The position numbers were made by a program, and so were the translations under genes. The notes below the pieces were generated by a model. That model was not told where the DNA came from. It saw only the letters and a program-made list of their open reading frames with translations, and did no database searches. Source: a virus (taxonomy: Duplodnaviria; Caudoviricetes). Taken from it: DNA of 29,894 bases. The stretch spans positions 1-29,894 of IMG/VR virus record IMGVR_UViG_3300011971_000137, one strand, 5' to 3'. The number at the start of each line of letters is the position of its first letter. Positions within the stretch are counted from its first letter, which is position 1. Shown here piece after piece: positions 17,075 through 25,910 of the stretch.

Positions 17075-19345
17075 ATGGCCCATGTGATTGATGCTGTTAT
17101 TCACTTGCGAGATCAATTCAGTGCAACGTTACGAAATGTAACAGGGAATCTTACGGCGTTTCAGAGACAAGCAAATGTTATGAGCCGTAACATGATTGCA
17201 GTGGGTAAAAGTGTAGAAAAGGTTGGAAAAAGCCTTGTCGTAGGAGTCACATTGCCGATCGTGGGGATGGCGGCGGCATCGGCTAAAGCGGCAACATCAT
17301 TTCAGCACGAAATGGCGGACATCCGAAAAGAAGTTGACGCAACAGGAATAACTACTACCCAAACGAACAGCCTGATGGCAGAAATGTCTAAATCCTCGTT
17401 GAAATGGTCACAGGACTTTGGGCAATCTACGGAAACGATAAACGAGGGATTACTCGTACTGGTTAAGGATGGATATACGGCGGGAGAGGCCATGAGTATC
17501 ATGGGAACCTCGCTACTCACAGCGCGGGGAGCAAATGAAGATTTAGCAACCGTAGTGGATCAGCTAGGTTCAAGCCTGGAAGCATACGGGATGAAAACAA
17601 ATGATGCTGCAAAAACGACCCAAAACATGGCTCACATGGCCGATGCCTTTGCCTACATTGCGAACCACACGAAAGCGAGCATAACCTCCCTTGGTTCAGC
17701 ATTTAGCACAGCTGGATCAACTGCAGCAGCCTTACACATTCCTATGACGCAGACAGCCGCCGCAATCGGGATACTTGAATCCAACGGAGTTGACGCTGAA
17801 ACGGCAGCAACTTCCCTAAAATCGGGACTAGTGAACCTTGCAAAACCTACAAAGAAAATGCAGACAGCACTTAAAGAAATGGGGTTCAGCGCCTTTGATA
17901 GCAAAGGGAATATGAAGGATCTCGGGACAACCCTAAACGAGATCGAGAAAAAAACAGAAGGATATACCAATCAACAAAAGCAAGCGGCTATTGCCACTAT
18001 TTTCGGGAAAGAGTCTCTTGCATCGTGGAATATTTTACTCCACAAGGGTGGAGGTTACTTAACTACTCTAGCGGATAATGCTAATGGTGCGGCGGGAGAA
18101 GTTCAGAAACTGTCGGACGCGATGAAAGACACGGCTCAAAATAAATTTAAAGAACTCGAAGAATCCGTTCATGCATTGGGAGTCGTATTTGGGGCATATA
18201 TACTGCCCTCGATAATCCCATTAGTAAATAAATTATCCGAACTAATTCAAGGCTTTGCCGCCATGGACGAGGAAACAAAGAAAGCAATTGTTAAATATGC
18301 TATGTACGCTGCTGCGGTAGGACCTGTAATACTCATGGTTGGCAAGATAACCCGCACCATAGGTGACGCGTTTAAAAGGTTTTCTGAATTATCACTAGCA
18401 ATAAGTCGAGCTGGGGGAGCCCTTAATTACCTAAAGTCTCCGGGAGTGATTGTGGTAATAGTGTTACTTGCTTTAGTTGCTGCTGCAGTCTTGGTGGCTA
18501 CCCATTGGGATCTAGTCAAGAAAAAGTTTAACGACTTCAAAAAGGTCTTAAAAGATAACGAGGTTGCGATAAGGAATGTTGCCATAGCCCTTGGCGTTGT
18601 ATTCGGACCTGCTTTAATTGCTTTAGGAGCCCAAGCGGTACTTACGGGGGGGCAAATAGTTGTAGGGCTTATAGCCTCGATCATATCCACCGGAGTCCAG
18701 GCAGCCATAACGGCATCAATTTTTACAGGGAAAATGATTGTCTCTCTGGTTTCCTTTGCACTCCAAGCGTGGAAAACAGTCGCAGTAATCACGTTTCAAA
18801 CGGCTTTATTTGTTGCCCAAAGGCTGGGTATTATCAGCGCATCTGAAGCAACGAGTATTATAACAGCAGCACAATGGTTATTTAACGCAGCTATGGATGC
18901 CAACCCAATCGGGGTGGTTATATTAGCACTCGCGGCGCTGGGTGTAGCAATCTATGAGGTCGTGACCCACTGGCAAGATATATGCACATGGGTAGAGAAA
19001 GCTTGGAATTGGTTAACAAAGTGGAATGACACTGAAGTTGCAGATAAGCATTTAGATGTTTCCATGAACACCACATCGGACGGTATGCGAGCAGGAAGAA
19101 ACGCACTTGGTACAAGCTACTGGGGTGGTGGCGAAACTTGGGTAGGTGAGCATGGTCCCGAGAAGGTTACACTGCCCAAAGGGTCTAGGGTGCAGAATCA
19201 TCAATCCTCCGTGAATTCCGGTAGCGGAAGTATATCCATAGCAAAGTTAGCAGACATGATTATAGTCCGGGAAGAGGCGGACATAGACAAGATCGCCAAT
19301 GCTTTGGCATTAAAGATCAAAGCAACAGCACTGAATATGGCTTAA
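17075..19345 (+). CDS. Tail tape measure protein
   Basis: 756 aa, Ala-rich, TP901-type core, hydrophobic segments, AQWLFNAAMDANPIG, WVGEHGPE. Confidence 0.93.
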   Translation: MAHVIDAVIHLRDQFSATLRNVTGNLTAFQRQANVMSRNMIAVGKSVEKVGKSLVVGVTLPIVGMAAASAKAATSFQHEMADIRKEVDATGITTTQTNSLMAEMSKSSLKWSQDFGQSTETINEGLLVLVKDGYTAGEAMSIMGTSLLTARGANEDLATVVDQLGSSLEAYGMKTNDAAKTTQNMAHMADAFAYIANHTKASITSLGSAFSTAGSTAAALHIPMTQTAAAIGILESNGVDAETAATSLKSGLVNLAKPTKKMQTALKEMGFSAFDSKGNMKDLGTTLNEIEKKTEGYTNQQKQAAIATIFGKESLASWNILLHKGGGYLTTLADNANGAAGEVQKLSDAMKDTAQNKFKELEESVHALGVVFGAYILPSIIPLVNKLSELIQGFAAMDEETKKAIVKYAMYAAAVGPVILMVGKITRTIGDAFKRFSELSLAISRAGGALNYLKSPGVIVVIVLLALVAAAVLVATHWDLVKKKFNDFKKVLKDNEVAIRNVAIALGVVFGPALIALGAQAVLTGGQIVVGLIASIISTGVQAAITASIFTGKMIVSLVSFALQAWKTVAVITFQTALFVAQRLGIISASEATSIITAAQWLFNAAMDANPIGVVILALAALGVAIYEVVTHWQDICTWVEKAWNWLTKWNDTEVADKHLDVSMNTTSDGMRAGRNALGTSYWGGGETWVGEHGPEKVTLPKGSRVQNHQSSVNSGSGSISIAKLADMIIVREEADIDKIANALALKIKATALNMA

Positions 19346-19352
19346 TGGAGGT

Positions 19353-19763
19353 ATGGCAATGGAATTTTGGCTAATGCAGAATACAGAAAAACTTCAACTC
19401 CCTGTACCTCCTGCAAACTATGCCATCAAGAGAGCACTAAATAACAGCACTGTGATCGTGGAAGGACTAGGAGAGGTAAGCTTCATAGGGAAACCTAAGT
19501 TGGCAGAGATACCAACGATAGATTCATTTTTCCCCAACCAAGCTTATAGTTTTTGCCAATATAGTACTTTCCCAACTCCTAAGGAGTGCACGGACCTCAT
19601 TGAAAAATGGATGGAGAATGGGAAGTCAGTACGATACTTAGTTACCGGCACAGGCATAAACATAGAGTGCACTATTGAAGACTTTCAGTACGGAGAACAA
19701 GACGGAACAGGAGATGTGTATTTTTCTCTTAACCTGAAGGAATACAAGGTGATTGCCTTATGA
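19353..19763 (+). CDS. XkdP-like tail tube initiator (no LysM domain)
   Basis: LQLPVPP...GLGEVSFIG...SFFP...IEDFQYGEQDGTGDVYFSLNLKEYK. Confidence 0.8.
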   Translation: MAMEFWLMQNTEKLQLPVPPANYAIKRALNNSTVIVEGLGEVSFIGKPKLAEIPTIDSFFPNQAYSFCQYSTFPTPKECTDLIEKWMENGKSVRYLVTGTGINIECTIEDFQYGEQDGTGDVYFSLNLKEYKVIAL

Positions 19764-20746
19764 TTCAATTATTCAGTCTCTACAACGGGGCCGTAACCGA
19801 CATAACCAACGTAATCAAGAGTATAAGTTGCTCGGGTGACAAAGCGCAGGTGGCAAGAAAGCTAGATATCACGCTTGCTTATCCAATATGGGATCGCAAC
19901 CAACCTAGAACTCAAATAGCTCCAGGGACAAAGGTTTGGTTGTTACTGGATGGCAAAGAGATATTTAGGGGTATTGCTTGGGATAGGACGATAAACTCAG
20001 CCAGTGAAGATCTGCCTTTTGTCGCCTATGACTATCTGATTTACCTAACGAAGTCCAAGGTGACTTATAATTTTGTGAACATTACTCCGGAAGATGCAAC
20101 CAAAAAAATATGCTCCGAGCTTGGAATTGAAACTGGGGGTATAGCAAGCACCGGAATTAAAGTTAACAGGCTCATAGCCCAAAAAACAGGCTATGAGGCC
20201 ATCATGGAAATGTATACCCAGGCAAGCAAGACAAACGGCAAGAAATACATCCCAGTCATGGATGGCATAAAGCTGAGCGTAATTGAAAAGGGAAAAGTTG
20301 TTGCGGATTACACCTTGAAATCCCAGCTTGACGGCAAAGGGAACAACATGCTAAGCACTAGCTACCATGACACGATGGATGGAATGCTCAACAAGGTTAA
20401 AATTTACGACAGTGAAAATAAATATCTTGGAGAAGTCAGCAATGGATCATGGGTCAACGATTATGGGCTCATCCAAGATAACTACACCAAAGAGGCTGAC
20501 AAGGATAGCAATGCAGTTGCTAACGGGATGCTGACAGGCATACAGCGAGAAGTAACTATCCCGGCCTTGGGAAATTGGGACTGTCGAACAGGTTACGCGG
20601 TAAGCACCGAAATATTTTATATCAGCACCCTACAAAATGCGACGATGTTTATCGACGGGGATACCCACACCTGGGAACCGGGTACAGGAAAATATACGAT
20701 GTCATTAAACTTAAGTTACAAGAACGTCATGGATAGTAAGGAGTGA
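19760..20746 (+). CDS. XkdQ/YqbQ-like baseplate hub protein
   Basis: SGDKAQVARKL...FRG...AYDYLIYL...YGLIQ...GYAV...DTHTW...TMSLNL. Confidence 0.85.
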   Translation: MIQLFSLYNGAVTDITNVIKSISCSGDKAQVARKLDITLAYPIWDRNQPRTQIAPGTKVWLLLDGKEIFRGIAWDRTINSASEDLPFVAYDYLIYLTKSKVTYNFVNITPEDATKKICSELGIETGGIASTGIKVNRLIAQKTGYEAIMEMYTQASKTNGKKYIPVMDGIKLSVIEKGKVVADYTLKSQLDGKGNNMLSTSYHDTMDGMLNKVKIYDSENKYLGEVSNGSWVNDYGLIQDNYTKEADKDSNAVANGMLTGIQREVTIPALGNWDCRTGYAVSTEIFYISTLQNATMFIDGDTHTWEPGTGKYTMSLNLSYKNVMDSKE

Positions 20747-20783
20747 TATTATCAAGAACCCATATAGCGAAATCATTAATCAC

Positions 20784-21122
20784 ATGAGAACACAAGGGGG
20801 AAAGAATAACACGCCTTATGTCCAGGTGGGCGTAGTTGTAGCCGCCGATCCACTGACCATTAAGCTCGGAGATCTACAGATCGGGAAAGAAAACATCCTA
20901 GTTGCAGATTACTTGATCCTGGATTATACGCGGAAAATTACCATCCCGACAACCCCCGCCAGTGGAAGCACAACAGAGGAAAGCGTTACAAGCATTGGTA
21001 TACCGGATGGAGATATTACCTTAACGGATGGGCTAAAGGTCAATGATATTGTCGCTCTGATTCCTACGCTTGAAGACGAGGAGCAGACCTATATCGTGTT
21101 AGCAAGGTTGGTGAGCCCATGA
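20784..21122 (+). CDS. DUF2577/XkdR-like baseplate spike protein (true start possibly ATC 20751)
   Basis: GVVVAADPLTIKLGDLQI...LKVNDIVALIP...QTYIVLAR. Confidence 0.8.
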   Translation: MRTQGGKNNTPYVQVGVVVAADPLTIKLGDLQIGKENILVADYLILDYTRKITIPTTPASGSTTEESVTSIGIPDGDITLTDGLKVNDIVALIPTLEDEEQTYIVLARLVSP

Positions 21123-21556
21123 TCATATTCCCATCGGAAACTATAACCATTAGCAACCTTATTCAAGCCACGGTGACAGCCTCGATAGAGTTACCACTTG
21201 CCAAAGAATACGCATGGGATTTCGACAACAATGATTTCCTGCTCGTTGATGGTAAAAACGTCATTAAAACTGGCAAGGAAGCGGTCAAGGTGTGGATATG
21301 GAAATCCTTGCAGACTCAAAAAAGCAGATACAGGGCATATACCAAGAGTTTCGGGAATGAGTTAGAATCATTAATTGCCCAAGGACTCTCAAGTGGGGCT
21401 TTAAAAGCTGAACTTGAACGGTATCTGAAAGAATCGTTGCTGATAAACTCATATGTCACGGGTATTAAAAATATCGACATTGGGGTTGATGGAAGTAAAA
21501 CGTCTGTTACCTTTACAGCAACAACAACCTATGGGGATGTGATAATAAGTGTATGA
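21119..21556 (+). CDS. DUF2634/XkdS-like baseplate wedge protein
   Basis: KEYAWDF...GKEAVKVWIWKSLQT...RYRAYT..FGNEL...T.YG. Confidence 0.88.
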   Translation: MIIFPSETITISNLIQATVTASIELPLAKEYAWDFDNNDFLLVDGKNVIKTGKEAVKVWIWKSLQTQKSRYRAYTKSFGNELESLIAQGLSSGALKAELERYLKESLLINSYVTGIKNIDIGVDGSKTSVTFTATTTYGDVIISV

Positions 21557-22604
21557 AGCTGAGACTCAAAGCACGATCATGCAACGTATGCTTGGTAATA
21601 CCAGCAACGATGTTGACAAGTCCGAGGGTAGTATTACTTATGATGCTCTATCCCCGGTGGCAATCGAGCTAGCTTTAGCTTATACGGAGCTGAATCGTGT
21701 CCTAAACTTAAGTTTTGCACCAACGTCTTCCGGACAATATCTTGATTATAGGGCTGCGGAGCATGGCTTAACCAGGAAATCTGCTACGGTTTCTACCGGG
21801 ACCGTAACCATAACTGGTTCAGAAAATACAGTTATTCCGGCTGGATCATTGTTCGCGACCAATGGCGGGGTACAGTTTGAGACGGTATCTGCAGCAACGA
21901 TTCTCTCTGGCGGAACAGTAGACGTAGTTGTTAAAGCAATTTTAACCGGATCTACAGGAAATGTACTTGCAGGGATGATTGGCGTTATCTCTGTAGCAAT
22001 ACTGGGAGCAGTCATGGTTACTAACTCCGCGGCAACGACCGGAGGGGTAGACGAGGAATCGGACGTTGCATTATTAGCAAGGCTCTTGCAGTCTGTAAAG
22101 AATCCGGCTACTAGTGGAAACGTAGCGCATTATCTACAATGGGCGACTGAGGTTGATGGTGTTGGCTCAGCGAGGGTTATTGCTCCATGGAACGGACCAT
22201 TGACCGTAAAAGTGGTGCTATTAGATGGAAGCAAACAACCAGCAGACACCAGTATAGTATCGGCGGTGGCAAGCCACATTGAGAGTGTCCGTCCAGTCGG
22301 TGCAGATGTAACGGTTGTGGCGGCCACAGGGCTGACAATTAATGTTGTAGCGACGTTGACATTACAGATGAGGTGCGTACTGGCTGATGTTACCACGACA
22401 ATTCAAAATAACTTGATCAGTTACTTAAAGTCAATTGCTTTTGTCGAGGGGGCGTATGTGAGCTATGCAAAAATAGGCGATGCAATATTAAACAGCGCAG
22501 GCGTGCAGGATTATTCTGGCTTGACAGTCAACGGCGGAACGGCCAATATTACTCCGGCAATTGACCATGTTGCGATTGTGGGTACAGTCAATTTTACGAC
22601 ATAA
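21549..22604 (+). CDS. Baseplate J/gp47-family protein (XkdT-like)
   Basis: DKSEGSITYDAL...GQYLDYRAAEHGLTRK...GGVDEESD...SGNVAHYLQWA...WNGPLTVKV. Confidence 0.93.
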   Translation: MYEAETQSTIMQRMLGNTSNDVDKSEGSITYDALSPVAIELALAYTELNRVLNLSFAPTSSGQYLDYRAAEHGLTRKSATVSTGTVTITGSENTVIPAGSLFATNGGVQFETVSAATILSGGTVDVVVKAILTGSTGNVLAGMIGVISVAILGAVMVTNSAATTGGVDEESDVALLARLLQSVKNPATSGNVAHYLQWATEVDGVGSARVIAPWNGPLTVKVVLLDGSKQPADTSIVSAVASHIESVRPVGADVTVVAATGLTINVVATLTLQMRCVLADVTTTIQNNLISYLKSIAFVEGAYVSYAKIGDAILNSAGVQDYSGLTVNGGTANITPAIDHVAIVGTVNFTT

Positions 22605-22617
22605 GGGGGAATGATAC

Positions 22618-23004
22618 TTGAGCTATCAAATGAGCGATTATCTTGAAAACAAGCTTTTGAACGTAATCTTCAAAAAGGATACATGGACAGCGATCGACGT
22701 CTATGCAGCCCTTTTTACTGCTGATCCTACCGACGCCGGAACAGGCCCGGAGGTTGTAGCGGCCAGTTATGCACGCCAGAAAATAACGAGTGGTACTCCG
22801 GTTTCTGGGATGATTAATAATTCAGCGGACATTCTTTTCCCTGTGACTGGCGAGAGTTGGGGAACCATAACACATGTTGCCCTCTTTGATGCGGCAAGCA
22901 GTGGAAATATGCTCTTTTATGGTACCTTGGCGGTCCCAAAAGCGATTACCATGTCCGATCAGTTTAAAATCCCGCAAAACTATCTACAAGTTACATTAGA
23001 TTAG
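22618..23004 (+). CDS. Phage tail/baseplate-associated structural protein (128 aa)
   Basis: SDYLENKLLN...ALFTADP...SYARQ...FP...WGTITHVALFDA..GNML, a widespread tail-associated domain. Confidence 0.7.
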   Translation: MSYQMSDYLENKLLNVIFKKDTWTAIDVYAALFTADPTDAGTGPEVVAASYARQKITSGTPVSGMINNSADILFPVTGESWGTITHVALFDAASSGNMLFYGTLAVPKAITMSDQFKIPQNYLQVTLD

Positions 23005-23017
23005 GGCGTGATGCGTT

Positions 23018-23824
23018 ATGTTGATTAGCCTGGAGACAACGCACGAAGAACTTAATCGTTCTACGTTCGCACAACTGGCATTGCATACCTATGGTGCATT
23101 TAACACCGGTGTGCATATTGAGGGTACAGCAATAGAACAGGCACAAGCTGTGGCTATACGGCAAGGTTCCGTGAATATGCGTGTGGTGGCCAGCACTGCT
23201 ATTGCAGCCGTTGGGTTGAAGAGTGCAGCCGCGCACATGTTTGGGGTTGCTTCGGTAAGCATTGAAACGGATTATTTTCCACGCAATATATTGGACTCTA
23301 TGATAAGTTATCTCCCCGATTTTGTTAGTGCCGCCTTGTCGACACAGCAGAAAACGCAAGCAATGGATCTTCGCTTTTTGTGGAGCAATATCCAAGATAT
23401 CTTGAACCAGAATTTTGTCCAGACAGCGACCACTAAACTCACGGATTACGAAAACTACTATGGAGTGCAGACTATATCAGGGCTACCACAGGACCAACGC
23501 AGAGAGCAAATATTAGCCAAGGCGGCTATTCCGGGAACATGTACCAAGCAACATTTGATAGATATTGCGAGTGCATACACTAACGGCCAGGTCGAGGTTG
23601 TTGAGGATAATGTTAATGGTATCGTCCATATCAAGTTCAGTAGTCAGCATGGGGTACCACCCAACATCACAGGGGCACAAGCTATGATCAGCCAGGCTTT
23701 GCCAGCCCATCTAACAGTTGCCTATGAGTATACCTACAATAATTATGGGCAGTTGAGTAGTTACACACACGGGCATCTGGCTACTTACACATACGACCAG
23801 TTGCGAGAAGGAAATATTGCATAG
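23018..23824 (+). CDS. DUF2313/XkdU-like baseplate protein with N-terminal extension
   Basis: YLPDF...NQNFVQTAT..L..YE..YG...RREQILAK...PAHL...Y.Y in the C-terminal ~175 aa. Confidence 0.8.
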   Translation: MLISLETTHEELNRSTFAQLALHTYGAFNTGVHIEGTAIEQAQAVAIRQGSVNMRVVASTAIAAVGLKSAAAHMFGVASVSIETDYFPRNILDSMISYLPDFVSAALSTQQKTQAMDLRFLWSNIQDILNQNFVQTATTKLTDYENYYGVQTISGLPQDQRREQILAKAAIPGTCTKQHLIDIASAYTNGQVEVVEDNVNGIVHIKFSSQHGVPPNITGAQAMISQALPAHLTVAYEYTYNNYGQLSSYTHGHLATYTYDQLREGNIA

Positions 23825-23836
23825 GAGGTGCTACGA

Positions 23837-24199
23837 TTGCCTAACTATACGACCAATCTAAACCTAAAAAAGCCACTGGCCACTGAGAATTTCAACATTG
23901 ATGACTTTAACAGCAATGCTGACTTAATCGATGCTGCCGTGGCCGCTAAAGAAACCCCTGCCGGAGCTCAGGCTAAGGTGGATGCGGCAATAACTGCTTT
24001 ATTAAACGGAGCCCCTGGAGCCTTAAACACATTAAAGGAATTAGCTGATGCACTAGGCGATGACGCAAGCTTTGCTGCATCCGTCACAACTGCCTTGGCG
24101 AGCAAGGCCGATCAGACAACCGTTGCTGCGCATTTGGCGGATGAAGCTCAGTACCGATTAAATATCGGAAGAATATTAAGCATGGGAGGAATGGCGTAA
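23837..24199 (+). CDS. Tail fibre proximal protein
   Basis: TTNLNLKKP...DFNSNADLID and GAPGALNTLKELADALGDDASFA fibre motifs; GGAGG favours TTG 23837. Confidence 0.75.
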   Translation: MPNYTTNLNLKKPLATENFNIDDFNSNADLIDAAVAAKETPAGAQAKVDAAITALLNGAPGALNTLKELADALGDDASFAASVTTALASKADQTTVAAHLADEAQYRLNIGRILSMGGMA

Positions 24200-24534
24200 T
24201 GGCATTAGGGGATCGTATACCAACAGAGCTTTGCCAATCGGCCTTAACCGCCAGCGTAGCAACGTATTTTACAAACGCTTCGACAAGCTATAGGACACAA
24301 ATGATGCAGATTTTCTTATGTAATACCGGGGCATCACAAAGAACCATTACTTTTTATAAAAATGGAACAGCAGCATCAAACCAAATAATGAATTCCGTAG
24401 TTCTCCCAGCCAATGGGTCCACAATTATCGATACTAAGTTGGTGTTTACTGGAACGCAGACCTTCTCAGTAAAGCAAGATACCGGTACAGACGTTACTAT
24501 GACCGCCGAGGGCGTAGTAGAACAGATAGTGTAG
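24199..24534 (+). CDS. Tail fibre-associated beta-rich protein
   Basis: Translationally coupled to the fibre gene; IFLCNTG...TIT pattern. Confidence 0.6.
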   Translation: MALGDRIPTELCQSALTASVATYFTNASTSYRTQMMQIFLCNTGASQRTITFYKNGTAASNQIMNSVVLPANGSTIIDTKLVFTGTQTFSVKQDTGTDVTMTAEGVVEQIV

Positions 24535-24542
24535 GTGATGAT

Positions 24543-25097
24543 ATGATTAGGAATTTTGGGAGTGTGGCTGGTTTAGTATCTCAACCAGCAGGATTAGATT
24601 TAGGTGTTAGCAGTGGAAGTCTTATAAAAAATAGCATACTTGGTATATCTACTATTCCAACTAATTCTAATACTTACGAAACAAGTATATCACCAGTGAA
24701 TTTGTCTAAAGCAATAGTTGTATTGGATGGTTTTAGATCGGATGGCTCCGGTTCAGATTGGTCCTATATATTACCTAAGGTCAAATTTTCTGCTGTAGAT
24801 AAATTATATTTTTCGAGACATGGAAACGGTATACCATTGCAGATACGATGGACAATAATCGAATTTGCGAATATCAAAAGTTTACAAGGCGGGGAACTAA
24901 TAATAAATACCACAAGTTTTGTAAACATTCCAATTTCTCCCGTATCTCCTAAGGCCCAAGTTTTTATTAGTTATAGTGGGTTAGGAAATACAACATATCA
25001 ACCTCTATGGTATATAAATGGTGCAAATGCCTTAACTATTGAAAACCCCAGTCAAGGAGTTATAGATATACAATGGTATATCGTAGACCCTATTTAG
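24543..25097 (+). CDS. Putative distal tail fibre / receptor-binding module
   Basis: Two internal repeats (ISPVNLSKAIV...RWTIIEF; ISPVSPKAQV...QWYIVD); position. Confidence 0.55.
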   Translation: MIRNFGSVAGLVSQPAGLDLGVSSGSLIKNSILGISTIPTNSNTYETSISPVNLSKAIVVLDGFRSDGSGSDWSYILPKVKFSAVDKLYFSRHGNGIPLQIRWTIIEFANIKSLQGGELIINTTSFVNIPISPVSPKAQVFISYSGLGNTTYQPLWYINGANALTIENPSQGVIDIQWYIVDPI

Positions 25098-25109
25098 GAG
25101 GTATGAGAT

Positions 25110-25421
25110 ATGAGAATAATATTGTTAAATGAGGATAAAAAAATTGTAGAAATAAAGTTTGGATTGAACGAAGATTATATTAATTCACCGGGTTTACAGC
25201 CAGGAGAGATTGTTAGCGACGCTGGATTATATGGACAAATTATGCAAGCAGATGGAAGTTTTATCACACCAGAACCAACTCCTGTTGAACCAAAACCAAC
25301 ACTGGAAGAACAAATCGCAAAGCTTCAAGCCGATAATGCTCAACTTAAAGACGATAATATTACTATTATGGATGTCCTCGGCACAATGTTCGAGGGTATG
25401 CTTGATAAGGGGACGGTGTAA
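25110..25421 (+). CDS. Tail fibre chaperone-like protein (XkdW-like position)
   Basis: GQIMQADGSFITPEPTPVEPKPTLEEQIAKLQ coiled coil; AGGAGG RBS. Confidence 0.65.
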   Translation: MRIILLNEDKKIVEIKFGLNEDYINSPGLQPGEIVSDAGLYGQIMQADGSFITPEPTPVEPKPTLEEQIAKLQADNAQLKDDNITIMDVLGTMFEGMLDKGTV

Positions 25422-25423
25422 AC

Positions 25424-25555
25424 ATGGCTGATATGTACTTTAAGTTAGTAAAAGAGGGTAGACGACAAATGGAGTCAGGAGGTCCACTCGCCCAAGTACC
25501 TGAAAAATACAGGGCAGAAGTGCAGGTTATACTGGATGCTCAAGTCGTTGTTTAG
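25424..25555 (+). CDS. Small CD1375/XkdX-like phage protein (43 aa), copy 1; not in the ORF track
   Basis: MADMYFKLVKEGRRQMESGGPLAQVPEKYRAEVQVILDAQVVV; AAGGGG RBS. Confidence 0.75.
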   Translation: MADMYFKLVKEGRRQMESGGPLAQVPEKYRAEVQVILDAQVVV

Positions 25556-25589
25556 GTTTCTCATCTCTCTGATGAGGGGAGGTGATATC

Positions 25590-25748
25590 GTGGTAGATAT
25601 GTATTTGGCTTTGGTTATGAATCATAGACGACAAATTCCAGCAGGTGGCCCATTAGCAATGGTCCCTGCAATGTACTCAGTCGCAGTAATGGCAGACCTA
25701 ACGGCGCTTGGACTCGACGGATATGGTAATCTAATCGTAGTAGAGTAA
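25590..25748 (+). CDS. Small CD1375/XkdX-like phage protein (52 aa), copy 2
   Basis: GTG 25590 after GGAGGTGA: MVDMYLALVMNHRRQIPAGGPLAMVPAMYSVAVMADLTALGLDGYGN. Confidence 0.7.
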   Translation: MVDMYLALVMNHRRQIPAGGPLAMVPAMYSVAVMADLTALGLDGYGNLIVVE

Positions 25749-25756
25749 TTACAACA

Positions 25757-25799
25757 AAGGGCAAAGCAGACACCACAGAGTGTTTTTTTCTTTGCCCTT
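25757..25799 (+). terminator. Terminator at the end of the late operon
   Basis: Outer inverted repeat AAGGGCAAAG/CTTTGCCCTT with an inner GACAC...GTGTT stem and T7 run. Confidence 0.6.
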
Positions 25800-25801
25800 C
25801 T

Positions 25802-25829
25802 ACTACATAGTAGACGCATTATGTGCTCA
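25802..25829 (+). repeat. dif/Xer-like recombination site 1
   Basis: ACTACATAGTA-GACGCA-TTATGTGCTCA. Confidence 0.7.
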
Positions 25830-25863
25830 AAATTAATATTTACTAAAAACGCATGATGAGAAC

Positions 25864-25891
25864 AAAAAGGACACCATTTATTGGCGTCCTT
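25864..25891 (-). terminator. Terminator for the minus-strand cargo gene
   Basis: AAGGACACCA/TGGCGTCCTT stem preceded by an A run (T run on the minus strand), 20 bp past the stop. Confidence 0.6.
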
Positions 25892-25910
25892 AGATATTAC
25901 TTGCTAAGAG

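Noticed and set aside
2244-23710. Many short antisense or alternate-frame ORFs in the track (e.g. 2421-2747, 6842-7171, 10388-10759, 12702-13151, 22991-23395)
   Set aside because: They are shadows of well-supported phage genes and have no recognisable motifs.
23837-25421. Diversity-generating retroelement or invertible tail-fibre system
   Set aside because: No reverse transcriptase or invertase, and no template/variable repeat pair or inverted fibre copies seen.
14961-25748. Stand-alone tailocin (diffocin/PBSX-like bacteriocin)
   Set aside because: Capsid, portal, terminase, integrase and replication genes are present, the sheath is interrupted as sequenced, and no lysis genes are visible.
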